Assembly: GCA_964356815.1 (NCBI GenBank)
Contig: CAYHIR010000003.1
Coordinates: 2,198 to 66,197 of the forward strand
Origin: an uncultured Candidatus Saccharibacteria bacterium
GTDB lineage: Bacteria > Patescibacteriota > Minisyncoccia > Phycocordibacterales > DATGWK01
Length of the DNA: 64,000 nucleotides
Direction: 5' to 3'
Shown: positions 60,256-64,000 of the stretch, piece by piece
Layout of the letters: each line of letters starts with the position of its first letter
How positions within the stretch are numbered: position 1 is the first letter of the stretch
Notes under the pieces: generated by a model
Told to the model about the DNA's origin: nothing
Seen by the model: the letters and a program-made list of their open reading frames with translations, nothing else
The model's database searches: none
Program-made: the position numbers and the translations under genes

Positions 60256-60882
60256 CTATATATAAAGCCCCGTAATCAATACAAACAATCCCGTCACAAT
60301 AGGCGAAATAACGCCCCAAAAGAAAAAGATGAAAATTAGGACGATGAAAAAGCCGTAATTTTCGAAAATTTCCCTATAGCGGCGAACGCGTTCGGGCAAA
60401 AAGGCGAAAAGGATTTTCGAGCCATCGAGGGGCGGAATGGGCACTAGATTGAAAACAGCGAGCAGAAGATTGATGAAAACGATGAGGGCTGTGACCTCCA
60501 GAACAGCCGAGCTTCCGATGATCATTCCCCCACCAAGTGCAAAACGGATAGCGAGACCAAAAATGATGGCGATGATGATGTTTGAAAGCGGGCCAGCGGC
60601 GGCGACAATCGCCTCACCCCAGCGCTGATTGCGAAGGTTGTAAGTATTGACCGGCACTGGCTTTGCCCAACCAATAATGAATCCAGCTTGAGAAATAGCT
60701 AGAAGAATGGGCAGAATGACCGATCCGAATGGATCAAGGTGCTTTAGGGGGTTGAGTGAAAGTCGGCCTTCATACTTAGCCGTCGGGTCGCCGAGCTTAT
60801 ACGCGGCAAATCCATGAGAAACTTCATGTACAACGACAGACATTATAAGAATGGCGATTTGGAATATGAAATCGAAGGGCAT
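60256..60882 (-). CDS. Site-2 protease family (M50) protein
   Basis: HEVSH, GWAKPVP, AAAGP.SN, FNLVPIPPLDG; start trimmed to ATG 60882. Confidence 0.94.
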   Translation of the reverse strand: MPFDFIFQIAILIMSVVVHEVSHGFAAYKLGDPTAKYEGRLSLNPLKHLDPFGSVILPILLAISQAGFIIGWAKPVPVNTYNLRNQRWGEAIVAAAGPLSNIIIAIIFGLAIRFALGGGMIIGSSAVLEVTALIVFINLLLAVFNLVPIPPLDGSKILFAFLPERVRRYREIFENYGFFIVLIFIFFFWGVISPIVTGLFVLITGLYI

Positions 60883-60970
60883 ATTGCGTGAATTAAGGTC
60901 TATGATATCATGGCATTCACTAACGAAAGAGCCGGCGCGACAGCAAAACCCGGCAAAAAAGCATAAAAAC

Positions 60971-61213
60971 ATGGCCAGAACTTGCGCAATAACAAAAAAA
61001 GGCTCAATAATGGGCGGCGGCTACAGCAATCGCACTCGCGCGACGCAGTTTAACCCTACCGGCTCAAAGCGAAAATATCCAAATTTCCAAACTCGCAGTA
61101 TCTTCGTTCCTGAACTCAAAAAATCTATTCGTATCACTGTTTCTGCTCGCGGCCTCAAAACTCTTGCTAAAAATGGTGCGTTTAAGACTCTTAAGAAAGC
61201 TGGAGTGATTTAG
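60971..61213 (+). CDS. rpmB: 50S ribosomal protein L28
   Basis: MARTCAITKK, KRK.YPN.Q, VSARGLKTL. Confidence 0.93.
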   Translation: MARTCAITKKGSIMGGGYSNRTRATQFNPTGSKRKYPNFQTRSIFVPELKKSIRITVSARGLKTLAKNGAFKTLKKAGVI

Positions 61214-61222
61214 TCTCGTTTT

Positions 61223-62164
61223 TTATTTTCTAAAAAACTCCTCCCCGTCCGATTTAAAAATAATCACCCCTTCTTTATCTGTGCGAAGCGTTGGAATATA
61301 AAGTGAATCGAGTGTGTCGATCGTTTCCGGACTTGGGTGACCATATTTATTATTTTTTCCCAAAGAAATGACGGCGAACTCGGGCGCAACGGCTTCAACG
61401 AAATCTTTCAACGAAGAAGTTTTTGAGCCGTGGTGAGCGATTTTTAAAAGCGCGCTTTTGAGTGGAGTACTCGTGCTCGAGACATTGTTTAATCGCACCA
61501 ATCGTTTTTCTATTTTTTGCACTGTATCGCCGGTAAACATAACAGACGTGTCGCCATATATGAGACGGCCAATTATCGAGCCGTCGTTTGTTTTAAATTT
61601 TGAAACATCTTGATCGGGAAAAATTACGTCGAAAGAAACTTTTTGGCGCGAGTTTTCGCCCCTTGCCGTCGCCGTACCTCCGGCGTGCGCGCCATCGTCC
61701 AAAACCAAACTCATGCCACGCTTGGCAATGACGCGCTTACTCCCCTCTTTTTTCACGGCCGCGTCGAAGGTTTTGTAAATTTCTGAATCGTTTTTTGTGC
61801 CAGACTCGATGACGAGATCGACTTGATAGCGTTTCAAAACGTCGACGAAGCCGGCGAAATGATCTTTGTCTGGGTTTGTGACGACCAACACATCTATCGT
61901 GCGATCGTAAAATGGCATGACTTTGCCAAGTTCGCGGAGAAGTGAGGCGTTTGGCCCACCATCGATAATCATCTGATTGCCGTTTGGCGCTTCGACGAAA
62001 ATTGCATCGCCTTGACCTATGTCTAGAAAAGCCACCGTTAGCAAGTCGCCACGGCTCTCCCGCCAGACTGCGTACCAAAGAAAGCCGGCCAGCGCTCCGG
62101 AAACGATGACCGCGCCTGCGCCGATTTTTTGAAATTTTGTGAGCTTTGTGAGCTTAGAAAGCAT
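61223..62164 (-). CDS. ComEC/Rec2 MBL-fold domain protein
   Basis: FLDIGQGDA, IDGG, TNPDKDHFAG, FTGD, KIAHHGS, YGHP, RTD..G. Confidence 0.9.
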   Translation of the reverse strand: MLSKLTKLTKFQKIGAGAVIVSGALAGFLWYAVWRESRGDLLTVAFLDIGQGDAIFVEAPNGNQMIIDGGPNASLLRELGKVMPFYDRTIDVLVVTNPDKDHFAGFVDVLKRYQVDLVIESGTKNDSEIYKTFDAAVKKEGSKRVIAKRGMSLVLDDGAHAGGTATARGENSRQKVSFDVIFPDQDVSKFKTNDGSIIGRLIYGDTSVMFTGDTVQKIEKRLVRLNNVSSTSTPLKSALLKIAHHGSKTSSLKDFVEAVAPEFAVISLGKNNKYGHPSPETIDTLDSLYIPTLRTDKEGVIIFKSDGEEFFRK

Positions 62165-62182
62165 TTGTGTTAAAATATTTGA

Positions 62183-62803
62183 ATGACACATTACACAGAA
62201 AAAAAGTTTAACATTCCCGAGTTAAAGGGAATCTCAAGAAAAACTGTAGAAGAGCACTTGAAATTGTACGCTGGCTATGTCAAAAATGTGAACCTCATTT
62301 ACAACAAGCTCGCCGAATACATGGAAGACAGCGAAAAGCACGCCCTTGCCCTTGCCGAACTTCAGCGTCGCTTCTCTTTCGAATGGAACGGCATGCGAAA
62401 TCATGAGTTTTATTTCGCCGCTCTGGAAGACGGACCGCAGGCTTTAAGCGAAGGCGGTGCACTAAAAGCCGCGATTGCCGCCGAGTTTGGCAGTTTTGAA
62501 AATTGGCTCGCGACCTTCAAAGCTATCGCTCTTATGCGTGGCGTCGGCTGGGCAATGCTCTATTTCGACAAGAAAGCCGGCGGCGAAAACGGCGCTGGTG
62601 GCAAACTCGTGCACGCGTGGGTGGAAGAGCAACATATCGGCCAACTAAACGGCGCGCAACTCATCCTCGGTCTCGACATGTGGGAGCATTCCTATTATCT
62701 CGACTACACACCAGCTGAAAAGAAAAAATATATTGAAGCGTTTTTCGAAAATTTGAATTGGAGTGTGGTGGAAGAAAATTTCGCCAACGCCTCGAAAAAC
62801 TAA
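62183..62803 (+). CDS. Fe/Mn superoxide dismutase family protein
   Basis: EEH..LY.GYV, NHE.YF, FGSF, GWA, DMWEHSYY. Confidence 0.93.
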   Translation: MTHYTEKKFNIPELKGISRKTVEEHLKLYAGYVKNVNLIYNKLAEYMEDSEKHALALAELQRRFSFEWNGMRNHEFYFAALEDGPQALSEGGALKAAIAAEFGSFENWLATFKAIALMRGVGWAMLYFDKKAGGENGAGGKLVHAWVEEQHIGQLNGAQLILGLDMWEHSYYLDYTPAEKKKYIEAFFENLNWSVVEENFANASKN

Positions 62804-64000
62804 ATTTTTTGCTCTCCTTCCCCTCTCTTTTTTCTTCTCCACGCCCACCAAAAAATCGCGACGTAAGAAAGAATGATGAAAAAGCCGTGAACGCCACCGA
62901 CGGCGATTTCTGATGCAGACAAGGAGGCCGAAATGTGCGCGACGCCAAGAATGTAGGAAAGAACGATGTGGGCAACAAACGCCGCAGGTAGAGCGAGCAA
63001 GCTCGTGCCGAAAAATCCTGAAACGAAGCTGAGGCACGCAGTAACGAAACTCAAAAGCATGGCGATTGGGATGAATGGCAGAACGATAAAATTGACCGGC
63101 AGAGCAACGAGCGAAACTGTGCCCGTCATATAGATGAGAAGTGGCAAGAGAAAAAATTGAGTGATGGTTGTGGCGGCGACGAGATCGCGAAAGCCGAAAC
63201 GTTCGGGCAGAAAATTGAAAAGACTTTGAAACAACGGCACCATAAAAATGACGGAAAACGTGGCGAGAAATGAGAGCTGGAAAGACGGATCGTGTAGAAG
63301 AATTTGCGGATTGATGCAGAGCATGACGACCGCAGTAATGAAAAGTGCGCGAGCGGCGCTGTATTGCCTAAAGGCGGAACGACAAAGCAGAGCGACGAGT
63401 GCCATGATAGATGCACGGACGACTGGTGCGGCACCGCCCGTTGCCAACGCAAAAAGAATTATGCCGAAAGAAGCCGCGCCGATGCCAGCAAGACGCGGCA
63501 AAAACAAACTAAAAATTTTGAAAATCGTCTCGGCGATGATCGTCACATTCGAACCAGACAGCACAACGATGTGCACGATGCCGGCCCTTTTAAATTCTTC
63601 TTGAAGTGTTGCGTCGATGGACTGCTTGCCGTCTATAAGAATGCCGGCCGCGAGCGAACTCTGTGGCTCGGAAAGTGCGTAGTCTAAGCGGTCGGTGAAA
63701 AAATGTTTGAAACCAAGTAAAGACTCAACGACTTTGCTCGGCGGATCGTGGCCGATCACTTCCAAACGCGGATTGCTCATGCGATATGTGATTCCTTTCG
63801 CTTCGAGAAAACCAACATAATCAAACTCGCGTCCCGTTTCACTCAAAAAATTTTCCGGCACTTCTAGCTTGCCCGTCACACTCAGAACATCGCCGTAGAC
63901 AATATTTTTATGACGGTCTGTGGTGACGAGAATTTTTGTGCTAATTAGTGCGGGAGTGTCCGTCGTTTCAGTCGGCGCCGCTTCCAGAATTTCTATCGTC
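62800..64000 (-). CDS. comEC: ComEC/Rec2 competence membrane domain (5' end beyond window)
   Basis: G..HIVVLSG.NV, VVRASIM, SFQLSFLAT. Confidence 0.93.
   Translation of the reverse strand, partial: TIEILEAAPTETTDTPALISTKILVTTDRHKNIVYGDVLSVTGKLEVPENFLSETGREFDYVGFLEAKGITYRMSNPRLEVIGHDPPSKVVESLLGFKHFFTDRLDYALSEPQSSLAAGILIDGKQSIDATLQEEFKRAGIVHIVVLSGSNVTIIAETIFKIFSLFLPRLAGIGAASFGIILFALATGGAAPVVRASIMALVALLCRSAFRQYSAARALFITAVVMLCINPQILLHDPSFQLSFLATFSVIFMVPLFQSLFNFLPERFGFRDLVAATTITQFFLLPLLIYMTGTVSLVALPVNFIVLPFIPIAMLLSFVTACLSFVSGFFGTSLLALPAAFVAHIVLSYILGVAHISASLSASEIAVGGVHGFFIILSYVAIFWWAWRRKKRGEGEQKI

Overview
This window comes from a Patescibacteria/CPR genome (Parcubacteria-like; standard genetic code, with TGA used as stop). 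Housekeeping content: gatA/gatC, ligA, a full type IV pilus/competence cluster, comF, recG, ftsH, smpB and tmRNA, infC-rpmI-rplT, ndk, the str/S10/spc ribosomal cluster (no L30, two insertions), rpmB and a split comEC. The most notable elements are five. (1) A complete diversity-generating retroelement (DGR) at 57.5-60.1 kb. Its TR/VR pair has 14 mismatches, all at adenines. Its RT and Avd genes overlap head-to-head on one C10/G10 tract that frameshifts both ATG-initiated frames at once (C9 or C12 would restore both). (2) A second, RT-less TR/VR/target cassette at 35.7-37.0 kb. (3) Right after tmRNA, a duplicated module: a 70-nt non-canonical tRNA-Val-like RNA preceded by a separately promoted small RNA complementary to its own anticodon arm and, in one copy, to its 3' ACCA end. 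I recognise no known family for this. (4) A 7-copy covarying structured repeat, each copy inside a locus-specific inverted repeat. (5) Several promoter-RNA-terminator units, a tRNA-Ile(UAU) and a circularly permuted CcdA. All alignments and folds were done by eye; no database search was possible.
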